Source: Arenimonas sp.
GTDB taxonomy: Bacteria; Pseudomonadota; Gammaproteobacteria; Xanthomonadales; Xanthomonadaceae
Reading direction: 5' to 3'
NCBI RefSeq assembly: GCF_047602345.1
Contig: NZ_JASGHN010000001.1
Span: forward strand, 41,668 to 105,667
Length of the DNA stretch: 64,000 nt
The position numbers were made by a program, and so were the translations under genes. This document shows positions 28,366 to 37,267 of the stretch, piece after piece. How positions within the stretch are numbered: the stretch's first letter is position 1; the number at the start of each line of letters is the position of its first letter. The notes below the pieces were generated by a model, which was not told the origin of the DNA, made no database searches, and saw nothing but the letters and a program-made list of their open reading frames with translations.

Positions 28366-29165
28366 GCGCCGCGATCGATCGGCTCAGGCTTCTCAGGCAG
28401 GACGCGGGAAGCGCAACGCCAGTGATGGCGCCCAGCCCTGTTCCGGATGAGCTGCGCCGGCTGCTGGGCATCCGTGCACGAGCCAAGGCACCCGCTCGAG
28501 TCGCGCCCGATCGTTGGCTGACAGGCGATCAGATCTCGCCTGGCCTGCGTTTCCTGGAACAGTTCCATGAAGCGCCCGAACTCCCCGACGAGATCGACGC
28601 CGATTTCGCCCGAATGGGTCGATTCCGGACCAGCGACCTGCTGTTCTTCGATACAGAAACCACCGGCCTGGCCGGCGGCACGGGGACGCGTGCGTTCATG
28701 ATCGGTGCGCTGGACGTACAGGACGACCGGCTGAGGTTGCGGCAACTGTTGACCACGACCATGGCCGCCGAAACATCGATGCTGCAGACATTCGCCGACT
28801 GGATCGGCCCGCAGACTGCGCTCGTCAGCTACAACGGCAAGAGCTACGACAGACCGTTGCTGTCGACGCGCTATCGCCTCGCGCGGCTTCCCGATCCGCT
28901 ACGCGATCGCGCCCATATCGACCTGTTGCATCCGGTGCGCCGTCGCTGGCGCGGGGCCTGGGAGAACTGCCGTCTCGGCACGGTCGAGCGGCAACTGCTC
29001 GGCGTATTGCGCGAGGACGATCTGCCGGGCTCGGAAGCGCCGCGTGCGTGGACCAGCTATCTGAGAGGCGGTTCGGCCGCGAACCTGCGTCGTGTCGCCA
29101 CGCACAATGCGCAGGACCTCAGGAGTCTTGCCGGTATCTGCTTCGCCCTGGATCGGATGCGGTGA
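28362..29165 (+). CDS. mrfB: DEDDh / RNase H-like 3'-5' exonuclease (MrfB/YprB family)
   Basis: FFDTETTGLAGGTG, SYNGKSYD, HIDLLH, HNAQD; ATGA overlap with the helicase stop. Confidence 0.82.
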   Translation: MSAAIDRLRLLRQDAGSATPVMAPSPVPDELRRLLGIRARAKAPARVAPDRWLTGDQISPGLRFLEQFHEAPELPDEIDADFARMGRFRTSDLLFFDTETTGLAGGTGTRAFMIGALDVQDDRLRLRQLLTTTMAAETSMLQTFADWIGPQTALVSYNGKSYDRPLLSTRYRLARLPDPLRDRAHIDLLHPVRRRWRGAWENCRLGTVERQLLGVLREDDLPGSEAPRAWTSYLRGGSAANLRRVATHNAQDLRSLAGICFALDRMR

Positions 29166-29202
29166 AAAAGAAAAACGCCCCCGAGGGGCGTTTTCTTTTT
29201 TC
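29165..29202. terminator. Bidirectional terminator shared by mrfB and tRNA-Ser(CGA)
   Basis: AAAAAGAAAAACGCCC-CCGA-GGGGCGTTTTCTTTTTTC. Confidence 0.85.
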
Positions 29203-29293
<91 letters not shown>

Positions 29294-29374
29294 GGAAGCG
29301 TGGTGCGGTCGGGACCGCACGGCTGAGCCGCGCATTATACGCGGCCCCAGCCGTCCGGGACCAGCCCTGTCTCC

Positions 29375-31360
29375 TCAGCCCTTGGCGGGCTGGAAGAAGA
29401 AGCCGCCGCTCTCGTGGCCGGCGAAGCGGATCGGGGCGTACTGCGGCACCTGGGCCAGGGGCGAGTTGGTCGCGTTCAGGGCGACCGAGGTGGACACCTC
29501 GCGGAACACGCGCTGCGCTTCGACCAGCTTGTTGTTGTCCTGCAGGACGTTCAGGAAGGCCTTGGCGAAGAAGCTGTGGTTGCCGGCGCCGGCGTCCGGG
29601 ACCGGCATCACGCCGCCCGAAGTCATCGCCAGGCGCGAGCGACCGTTGTTCATGGCCTTCACCCACGGCGTCCACTTGTCGGCCGGCATCGAATTGGCGT
29701 CGAAGCTCGGCGCCGAAGCGCGGGTCATCGTGCCGGAGTAGCAGGAGTCGGCGACGACGAGGACATGCTTGGCCTGGGCGGCATTGAGGATGTCGCTGAC
29801 GGCCGAGTTCGAGATCCAGCTCTTGCTGTTTCCCGGCGCGCCGTCGCTCGGCACCCAGTAGCCCTGCTTGCCGGCGGCGTCGATTTCGCCATGACCCGCG
29901 TAATAGATCAGCAGATTGTCCTGCGGACCGACCTTCTCGCGCATTTCGTTGAGCGCGGTCAGGATTTCCAGCTTCGACGCATTCAACAGCAAAGTGGTCT
30001 GGAAACCATAGCGCGAGCGCAGGACATTGGACACGGCCGTCGCGTCGGTGGCGGCGGTCTTCAGCCCCTCGTATCCGGCGTTGCGGTAGGTGTTGTTGCC
30101 GATCACCACCGCGTAATAACGGCCAAGCTTCACGTCACCCGGCAGCGTACCGCTGGGCGTGGCCGCCGTCGTCGACGTCGTGGCGCCGCCGGCCTGCGGG
30201 ATCACGCTGAAATCGAGCTGCGCGCTGGCGCCGCGGTTGTCCACCGCGACGACCTTGACCGGCGAACCCGCGGCTGCGACGTCGATGTCCGCATTGAAGC
30301 TGCCGTTCGCGGCGATGTCGACCGGCTTGCCGTTGACGGTGACCTGCTTGATCGCCTTCGGCTGGCTGACGCGACCGACGAGGCGGTGCTTGCCGGAACC
30401 GCGCACGACGGCGGTGTTGCGGCCGCGCACGGCGACGAAGGTCGGGCTGAGGATGTCGAGCTTGACCGGTGCGCTGGCCATCAACGCGCCGCTGCTGCTG
30501 CCCGTGCGCTGTTCGAGCGCGACGATCTGGTCGCGCTGGCCGGTGATCTGCTGTTGCTGCGCCAACACCTGGTTCTCGAGCAGGCGCACGAGTTCGCGAT
30601 CCTGGCCCTGCTTGGCCTGGGCGAGCTTGCCTTCGGTTTCCTGCAACTGGCGTTGCGAAGCCTGCAAAGCGCTGCGCTTCTCGGCGAGCTGCTGCTGCAA
30701 CTGCTTCACCTGCTGCTGCAGTTCCTGCGAACGCTCGCGCTCGTCCTGCACCTGGCCCTGCAGCGTGCCGATCGTGTCGTCCTTGGCCTTGAGCTGGATC
30801 TCGACTTCGGACGCGTACAGCAATTCGTCCTGGATGCCGGAACCCTCGCGGTACAGGTTCAAGGCCATGGCCTGGTCCTGTTGCACGCCCAGGCCTTCCT
30901 CGTACAGGAAGCCGAGATTGATCTTGGCGCGGTTGTAGCCCTGGTCGGCGGCTTTCTTGAACCACTGGAAAGCCATGCCGTAATCCGGCGCCGTGCCGAG
31001 ACCTTTCGAATAGATCTCGCCCACGTTGTTCTGCGCTTCGGCGCTACCGGCCATCGCCTGGTCCATCCAGACCTTCAACGCGGTCTGGTAATTCGCACGA
31101 TCCTCGGAGACGTATTCGCCACCGCGGATCTGGCAATCGGCCTGGGTCGTGCGAATCGGACGCCGTGCGGTGAGGTACGTCGCCTGGCGGCCGAGCGAAC
31201 GGACCTGTCCGGGCAACAGGCAGTCGACGATGAGCAGGTCCTCGGCGTTCTTCACGGCGGCGCGTGGCGCCTCTGCCGGGATACCGGCAAGCACCACCAC
31301 GAGAGCGGAGGCTAGAACGCTGAATCGGGACGTTACAGGACAGCGGTTGGACGATGACAT
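29375..31360 (-). CDS. Secreted caspase-family (peptidase C14) protein with Sel1 repeats, coiled coil and Ig-like domain
   Basis: Signal-like N-terminus; Sel1 AQNNVGEIYSKGLG / AKINLGFLYEEGLG; Q/E-rich coil; YYAVVIGNNTY, IYYAGHG, VADSCYSG dyad; GGAG RBS before ATG 31360. Confidence 0.85.
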   Translation of the reverse strand: MSSSNRCPVTSRFSVLASALVVVLAGIPAEAPRAAVKNAEDLLIVDCLLPGQVRSLGRQATYLTARRPIRTTQADCQIRGGEYVSEDRANYQTALKVWMDQAMAGSAEAQNNVGEIYSKGLGTAPDYGMAFQWFKKAADQGYNRAKINLGFLYEEGLGVQQDQAMALNLYREGSGIQDELLYASEVEIQLKAKDDTIGTLQGQVQDERERSQELQQQVKQLQQQLAEKRSALQASQRQLQETEGKLAQAKQGQDRELVRLLENQVLAQQQQITGQRDQIVALEQRTGSSSGALMASAPVKLDILSPTFVAVRGRNTAVVRGSGKHRLVGRVSQPKAIKQVTVNGKPVDIAANGSFNADIDVAAAGSPVKVVAVDNRGASAQLDFSVIPQAGGATTSTTAATPSGTLPGDVKLGRYYAVVIGNNTYRNAGYEGLKTAATDATAVSNVLRSRYGFQTTLLLNASKLEILTALNEMREKVGPQDNLLIYYAGHGEIDAAGKQGYWVPSDGAPGNSKSWISNSAVSDILNAAQAKHVLVVADSCYSGTMTRASAPSFDANSMPADKWTPWVKAMNNGRSRLAMTSGGVMPVPDAGAGNHSFFAKAFLNVLQDNNKLVEAQRVFREVSTSVALNATNSPLAQVPQYAPIRFAGHESGGFFFQPAKG

Positions 31361-31385
31361 TGGGCGCAGCTCCAAGGGAGTGTCA

Positions 31386-31430
31386 CGGCATGCGCTGAAC
31401 CGTTTGCAGCGGCGCGCATGCCGCTATACT
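31386..31430. promoter_or_regulatory. 10-bp inverted repeat overlapping a putative promoter in the caspase/autotransporter divergent gap
   Basis: CGGCATGCGC (31386-95) / GCGCATGCCG (31414-23), followed by TATACT at 31425-30. Confidence 0.45.
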
Positions 31431-31468
31431 CGGTGAGGAATATATAACCGGAATCCAGGGGAAAAGCG

Positions 31469-34400
31469 ATGAGCTTCCAGTCCGCCGTCATAACGAAGGC
31501 CGCAGCGATTTTCGGCCACGGGCGTTCCCTGGCCGCACGGGCGTCCGCCCTGTGCGTCCTGCTCCTGCTCGGCGCATGGTCCGGCAGTGCTCAGGCATCC
31601 TTCGGTTGCTACCTGCAGCACACCAGCACCCAGTTCCAGCAGGGGGCGCCGGGCGCCACCTACAATCACAGCTTCACCATCGTCGACGATAGCGGTACCA
31701 GTTGCGCCGGTACGATCTCGGGCACGGTCAGCATCACCGGCGACACGACGGGCGGCGGCACGCTGAACAACGGCGGCGGCCCCGTGACCACCTTCAACTG
31801 GTCAGGACCCGGCGGTTCCAGCTTCAGCTTCACGTCGACGACGGGCACCTTGCCGGGCGGCGATCTGGCCATTCAGGCCGACTGCCTGGTTGGCTGCTTC
31901 GGCGGCTCGACCTTCCTGACCTATTTCGACGAAAGCAGCGATCTCTACGATTTCCATGCCACGACGCCGACGACCGTCGTCACGACCGACCTGCAGCAGG
32001 TCACGATCGGAGCGAAGTCGCTTTACAACAACAACCCCGCGACCGAGACGGTGAGCTTCTACAACGTTACCGGCACGCCGATCCTGCTCGCCACCGATAC
32101 GCCGGACGTCAACGGCGAGGTCAGCTACAACTTCTTCAGCAGCACGCCGGGTACCTATGCGCTGCGCGCGGAAGTGAACTGCATCATCATCACCGCGACG
32201 TCGACGACCTGTCCGCCGCCGGACATCGATTATTCGGTGACGGTCGAAGCGACCAGCCTGAGCGCGAACGACCTGTCGCTCGAAACGTTGCCGTCGACGC
32301 CGCTGCCCTTGAGCGTGACCTATCGCAGTCCCAGCCTGCTGGCGCCCGACGGCAGCTACGTGTTCTGGAACATCAGCAGCAGCCCGCCGGGCGGCGACGG
32401 CAGCATCGACAACAGTTCGCAGACCAGCGGCGGCATCGCCACGGCCGATTTCAGCGCCAGCGTGCCTGGCGAATATCAGGTACAGGCCAGCACGAACTGC
32501 TTCAGCTGCTTCGCTCCGTCGATGGTCACCTTCACTGTCACCGTGATCAACCGCACGATCGTCATCGTCAGCGGCGACGGACAGACCGGTGCGACCAACC
32601 AACCGCTGGACGATCCGCTCGTCGCGCAGGCCCAGAACAACGGCATTCCGACGCCGGGCGTCGGCATCACCTGGGCCATCATGTCCGGCTCGGCCAGCCT
32701 CTCGCCGACCGGCGCAGTCACCGATGGCGCCGGCAACGCGACCGTCGCCGTCACCATGGGCGCCACGCCGGGCCCGGTGGTGGTGCGTGCGACGCGCAAC
32801 GACGACACGAGCAAGTTCGTCGAGTTCAACCTGAACTCCACGCTGACGCGCGACCTGGTCATCGTCTCCGGCAACAATCAGAGCGCTCCGACCGGCCAGA
32901 ACCTGCCGCAGCCCTTGTTCGTGCGTGCCATCGACAACGCGACCGGCGCCTCGGGCGTTCAGATCGACTGGAGCGTGGTGTCCGGCTCGGCGTCCTTCCC
33001 GGCGCCCAGCACCACGACGAACGCGGCTGGCCTGAGCAATACGCAGGTGACGCTGGGCGCGACCGCCGGTCCGATCGTCGTGCGCGCCACCCGCGCCGAC
33101 GACACCGGCCAATACGTCGACTTCAACCTGACCGCCACGCTGACCCGACAGCTCGTCATCGTCAGCGGCAACGGCCAGGAAGGCTCGCCGAACGCGACGC
33201 TGGCCAGCCCCTTCGTGGTCGAGGCGCGCAACAACAACGTGGCTGCGCCGGGAACCGGCGTGACCTGGTCCATCGTCACCGGTGGCGGCAGCCTGTCCGA
33301 CACCTCCACCACCACGGACGGAAGCGGCCACGCGGACAGCACCTTGACGCTAGGCTCGTCCGGTTCCGTGACGGTGAAAGCGGCGCGCAGCGACGATTCG
33401 TCGGTGTACGTGCTGTTCAACGCCAGCACGCTGAAACTGGCGGACCTGCCCGGCATGTCGCCGACCCAGCGCGCCATCGCCGAAGCCATCGACAGCTTCT
33501 GTCCCGAACTCGGCGCCGAGTACGGCGGCGGTGGTGGCGGTGGCGGCTCGGGTGGACCGCCCTCGACCGACGGTTTCGCCGCAGCGACGGCGACCGTCGA
33601 TCCCAGCGATGGCCAGTACGACCTGTGGCAGCAATGCCAGGAACTGATCACCGCCTCCGGCAGCGATCCGCAGGGCGTGCTCGACGCACTGAACGAGCTG
33701 TATGCCGATATCGCCCTGGTGCAATCGGAAGCCGGTCTGATCGCGGCGCGCGCGCAGTTCGACAACATCAAGGTGCGTATCGCTGCCCTGCGTAGCGGTA
33801 CGCAGCGCACGAGCTTCGGCGGCCTGGCGTTCACCAACACCAGCGGCAGCCTGCCGATCGGTTCACTCCTGCAAGGGCTGGCTGAGGGCGACAACCCGGA
33901 TTCGGCGTCCGCCGCCGGGTTCACGCGTTGGGGCTTCTTCGCGGCCGGCTCCATCGGCCGCGTCGACACCAAGCCGGGCGACGTGACGCCGGGTTACGAC
34001 TCCGACATCACCGGCCTGACGATCGGCTTCGACTACCGCAAGTCCGACAGCATCATCTTCGGCGGCACGATCGGCTACACGAAGCAGACCGACGACCTGC
34101 TCGGCCGCGAGGGCGAGCTGGATACGCACGGCTACAGCGTGTCGTTGTTCGGCACCTGGTACAAGGCCGACAGCTGGTACACCGATGCCGTGTTGAGCTG
34201 GGGCCGCAATACCTACGAGGCCGAACGCTGGATCAACTACACCCTGACCGGGCCGGGCGGCACGATCACGGTCATCGACCAGCACGCGCGCAGCGAATCC
34301 GATGGCGACAGCTTGACCTTCGCCGCCACCGTCGGCCGCGACTTCAACAAGAACGGCTGGGGCTTCGGTCCTTACCTGCGCCTGCTCTATACCCGCCTCG

Positions 34401-34801
34401 AGTTCGACGAAATGGTCGAGGAAACCGATGCGGGCCCGGGCAGCGGACTGGCGCTGGTGGTGGATGCGCGCGAACTCACTTCCTTCAGCGGCGTGCTCGG
34501 CGGCAAGCTGACCTATGCGCACAGCACCAGTTGGGGCGTGATGATCCCGCACGTGCAACTGGAATGGCAGCACGAGTTCAAGGACGACCCGTCGCAGGTC
34601 ACGGCGCACTTCCTGTTCGACCCGAGCGAAACGCCCTTCACGGTCACCGGCGATAGCCTGGATACGGACTATCTGCGCCTCGGCTTCGGCATGTCCTTCG
34701 TGCTGACCAAGGGCCGCTCGGGCTTCTTCATGTTCGAGCGTTCGTTCCAGGACCGGATCACGCAGAACCGACTGGCGCTCGGCCTGCGCCTCGAGTTCTG
34801 A
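31469..34801 (+). CDS. Autotransporter (type Va) adhesin with Ig-like (Big-1/invasin-like) passenger repeats
   Basis: Signal peptide ending SAQA; T/S/G-rich beta passenger; C-terminal barrel from WGFFAAGSIG to LGLRLEF with terminal Phe. Confidence 0.88.
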   Translation: MSFQSAVITKAAAIFGHGRSLAARASALCVLLLLGAWSGSAQASFGCYLQHTSTQFQQGAPGATYNHSFTIVDDSGTSCAGTISGTVSITGDTTGGGTLNNGGGPVTTFNWSGPGGSSFSFTSTTGTLPGGDLAIQADCLVGCFGGSTFLTYFDESSDLYDFHATTPTTVVTTDLQQVTIGAKSLYNNNPATETVSFYNVTGTPILLATDTPDVNGEVSYNFFSSTPGTYALRAEVNCIIITATSTTCPPPDIDYSVTVEATSLSANDLSLETLPSTPLPLSVTYRSPSLLAPDGSYVFWNISSSPPGGDGSIDNSSQTSGGIATADFSASVPGEYQVQASTNCFSCFAPSMVTFTVTVINRTIVIVSGDGQTGATNQPLDDPLVAQAQNNGIPTPGVGITWAIMSGSASLSPTGAVTDGAGNATVAVTMGATPGPVVVRATRNDDTSKFVEFNLNSTLTRDLVIVSGNNQSAPTGQNLPQPLFVRAIDNATGASGVQIDWSVVSGSASFPAPSTTTNAAGLSNTQVTLGATAGPIVVRATRADDTGQYVDFNLTATLTRQLVIVSGNGQEGSPNATLASPFVVEARNNNVAAPGTGVTWSIVTGGGSLSDTSTTTDGSGHADSTLTLGSSGSVTVKAARSDDSSVYVLFNASTLKLADLPGMSPTQRAIAEAIDSFCPELGAEYGGGGGGGGSGGPPSTDGFAAATATVDPSDGQYDLWQQCQELITASGSDPQGVLDALNELYADIALVQSEAGLIAARAQFDNIKVRIAALRSGTQRTSFGGLAFTNTSGSLPIGSLLQGLAEGDNPDSASAAGFTRWGFFAAGSIGRVDTKPGDVTPGYDSDITGLTIGFDYRKSDSIIFGGTIGYTKQTDDLLGREGELDTHGYSVSLFGTWYKADSWYTDAVLSWGRNTYEAERWINYTLTGPGGTITVIDQHARSESDGDSLTFAATVGRDFNKNGWGFGPYLRLLYTRLEFDEMVEETDAGPGSGLALVVDARELTSFSGVLGGKLTYAHSTSWGVMIPHVQLEWQHEFKDDPSQVTAHFLFDPSETPFTVTGDSLDTDYLRLGFGMSFVLTKGRSGFFMFERSFQDRITQNRLALGLRLEF
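32552..33442 (+). repeat. Three 297-bp (99 aa) intragenic Ig-domain repeats
   Basis: RTIVIVSGDGQ (32552), RDLVIVSGNNQ (32849), RQLVIVSGNGQ (33146): exact 297-nt period. Confidence 0.9.
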
Positions 34802-34928
34802 TGGCGACCAGCCCGGAAACGGACCATCGACGCGCCGCCCGGCCACCCTTGCGGGGAGCCGGGCGGCGGTTAATGATGCGAACAAGTCGCGGGGGCCTCC
34901 CCCTGCCAGGGCGAGACAGGTTCCATCC

Positions 34929-35630
34929 ATGATCGAATTCGGCCACCTCAGCCATGTCGGCCTGCGCCGCGAGCTGAACGAGGACACCTACTACGGCGAC
35001 ACCGAGCTGGGTCTGTGGCTCGTTGCCGACGGCATGGGCGGCCATGAGTTCGGTGAGGTGGCCAGCGCCTTGGCGCGCGACACGGTCGTGCGCGAGGTGA
35101 AATCCGGACGCACGCTGGTCGATTCCATCCGCAGCGCGGACGAAGAGATCATCCGGCAATCGCGCCGACGTGCCGAAGGCCTGCCGATGGGCACGACGAT
35201 GGTCGCGCTGCGCACCAACGACAACCGCTTCGAACTGGCCTGGGTCGGCGACAGCCGCGCCTACCTGTGGAACGGCCAGCTGCGCCAACTCTCCTCCGAC
35301 CACAGCTATGTGCAGGAGCTGATCGATCAAGGCGCGATCACGCCGGAACAGGCGCGCACGCATCCGCACCGCAATGTCGTCACGCAGGCGCTGGGCGTCA
35401 CCGATCCGGAATCACTGAAGGTGGAAACCATTTCGGGCGAACTGCGTCCGGGCTTCCAGATCTTGCTGTGCAGCGACGGTCTGACCGAAGAAGTGGACGA
35501 TGCGACGATCGGCTCGCTGCTTTCGCAACCGGAACTGTCGGCGCAGGAATGCGTGGACCATCTCGTCTCGGCCGCGCTCGACGGCGGCGGTTCCGACAAC
35601 GTCACCGTGGTGCTGTTGCGCCGCGTCTGA
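34929..35630 (+). CDS. PP2C/PPM family Ser/Thr phosphatase
   Basis: VGLRRELNED, VADGMGGH, GTT, WVGDSRAY, HPHRNVVTQALG, LCSDGL, GGSDNVT. Confidence 0.93.
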   Translation: MIEFGHLSHVGLRRELNEDTYYGDTELGLWLVADGMGGHEFGEVASALARDTVVREVKSGRTLVDSIRSADEEIIRQSRRRAEGLPMGTTMVALRTNDNRFELAWVGDSRAYLWNGQLRQLSSDHSYVQELIDQGAITPEQARTHPHRNVVTQALGVTDPESLKVETISGELRPGFQILLCSDGLTEEVDDATIGSLLSQPELSAQECVDHLVSAALDGGGSDNVTVVLLRRV

Positions 35631-35669
35631 TCGCGCTTCGCCGATGCGGCGAAGCGGAACCTCGCGAAT

Positions 35670-37211
35670 TCAGTCCTTGGGCAGCGCCGGAATGCCCGGC
35701 GTCTCGCCGCGTTGACCCGCCTCGGCCGCGGCATGCAGTCGGATCAGGGTTTCATCGGCGGGATCGACGTCCAGTCCGCTCTGCGCCGCGATTTGGCATT
35801 GCGTCCACAACTGCGCACTGCAGGCGCGATGGCTCATCTTGCGGAAGAACGAAACGATCGCGCCAACGCCCGCCTTCGCGCGCGCGTTGTCCGGCTGCGC
35901 GGCGAGCACCTTGCGATACAGGCCGAGTGCGCTGTCGTCCTCGGGGAAGGTCAACTGCCGGCCCGGATCCTTGTTCGTGCCGTAATCGAGGTAGTTGTCA
36001 GCCTGGGTCAAGGCGGTCTCGATGTCCTCCGACGACATGGCCGCCGCCGCGTCCGTCACCGGCAACGTCGTCGACAGGATGCTGCCCTGGTCGTCGCCGC
36101 CGGCCGGCGTCAGCGTCACGGTAGGCTGCGTGCCGTTGGTGCCGTTGGCGTTCGTCGCATTCGTGTCGACATCGGCCGCAGGCCAGAACTTCCAGGCAGC
36201 TACCGCCAGCAACGCGACGGCGGCCAGCGAGGCGACGGCATAGAGGCCCTTGCGCGAAGGCGCTTCCTGCCCTTTGCTCACATTGATGCGCGTGCGCTGC
36301 TGCGTGGCGCCGGCACCGCCGGCGATGCGTTGGGCGCTGCCCGCCTTGCGCGCGCTCGACTGATGCAGCTTCGCCGTCTCCGGCGCCTCGGCCACGAGCT
36401 TGTGGATGGCCTCGACCAAGGCCGCGCCGGTGTTGTAACGCTCGGCCGGCTGCTTGGCCATCATGCCGTTCAACAGCGGCTGCAGGATGGAGTACTCCTC
36501 CGGCAGCGTCGGGACAGGATGCGTCACGTGCATCAAGGCCACAGTGAACGGATCGCTGGCCTGGTACGGCGGATTCCCCACGAGCAGTTCGTAGAGCACG
36601 GTGCCGAGGCTGTACAGATCGGAGCGGCCATCCACGGACTCGCCGCGCGCCTGCTCCGGGCTCATGTAATCGGGCGTGCCAATCGACGCGCCGGCGACGG
36701 TCGAGCTGTTGCTTCCGTCCATGGCCTTGGCGATGCCGAAGTCGGCCAGCACCACGCGGCCGTCGTTGCGGAACAGCACGTTGCCCGGCTTGACGTCGCG
36801 ATGCACGAAGCCCTTCTGGTGGGCGAAATCGAGGCCGAGCGCGATGTCGGCGATGATGTCGAGCACTTCCGCCAGGCTCAGGCCGCCCTCGTCGACGCGA
36901 TCCTTTAGCGTGCCGCCGGGAATGAATTCCGCGGCGAGGTAATACACGCCGGCGTGCGCGCCGATGTCGTACACCGTCACCAGGTTCGGATGCTGCAGCT
37001 TGGCGGTGATCTTGCCTTCGGTCAGGAACCGGCTGGCGAACTCGCTGTTGGCGGCCAACGCCGGCGACATCACCTTCAGCGCGACTTCGCGATCGAGCGA
37101 TTCCTGCACGGCGAGGAACACCGATGCCATGCCGCCTTCACCGATCGGACGCAGGATGCGGTATCCGGGGATATTGATGTCGACGGCGGTGAGGAGGACG
37201 GTCGCGTTCAC
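35670..37211 (-). CDS. Membrane-anchored Hanks-type Ser/Thr kinase with periplasmic TPR-like C-terminal domain
   Basis: IGEGGMASV, ALK, HRDVKPGN, DFG, GTPDYMSPE; TM helix; LTFPEDDSALGLYRKVLAAQPDNARAKAG. Confidence 0.92.
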   Translation of the reverse strand: MNATVLLTAVDINIPGYRILRPIGEGGMASVFLAVQESLDREVALKVMSPALAANSEFASRFLTEGKITAKLQHPNLVTVYDIGAHAGVYYLAAEFIPGGTLKDRVDEGGLSLAEVLDIIADIALGLDFAHQKGFVHRDVKPGNVLFRNDGRVVLADFGIAKAMDGSNSSTVAGASIGTPDYMSPEQARGESVDGRSDLYSLGTVLYELLVGNPPYQASDPFTVALMHVTHPVPTLPEEYSILQPLLNGMMAKQPAERYNTGAALVEAIHKLVAEAPETAKLHQSSARKAGSAQRIAGGAGATQQRTRINVSKGQEAPSRKGLYAVASLAAVALLAVAAWKFWPAADVDTNATNANGTNGTQPTVTLTPAGGDDQGSILSTTLPVTDAAAAMSSEDIETALTQADNYLDYGTNKDPGRQLTFPEDDSALGLYRKVLAAQPDNARAKAGVGAIVSFFRKMSHRACSAQLWTQCQIAAQSGLDVDPADETLIRLHAAAEAGQRGETPGIPALPKD

Positions 37212-37267
37212 GCAAGTCTCGCAGCCAAGGCGCAGGTCCGATTATCCACAATGCGGCCCAGGGCTGC

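Noticed and set aside
34929-37211. Type VI secretion cluster (ppkA/pppA-like)
   Set aside because: No tss, tag or fha genes in the window
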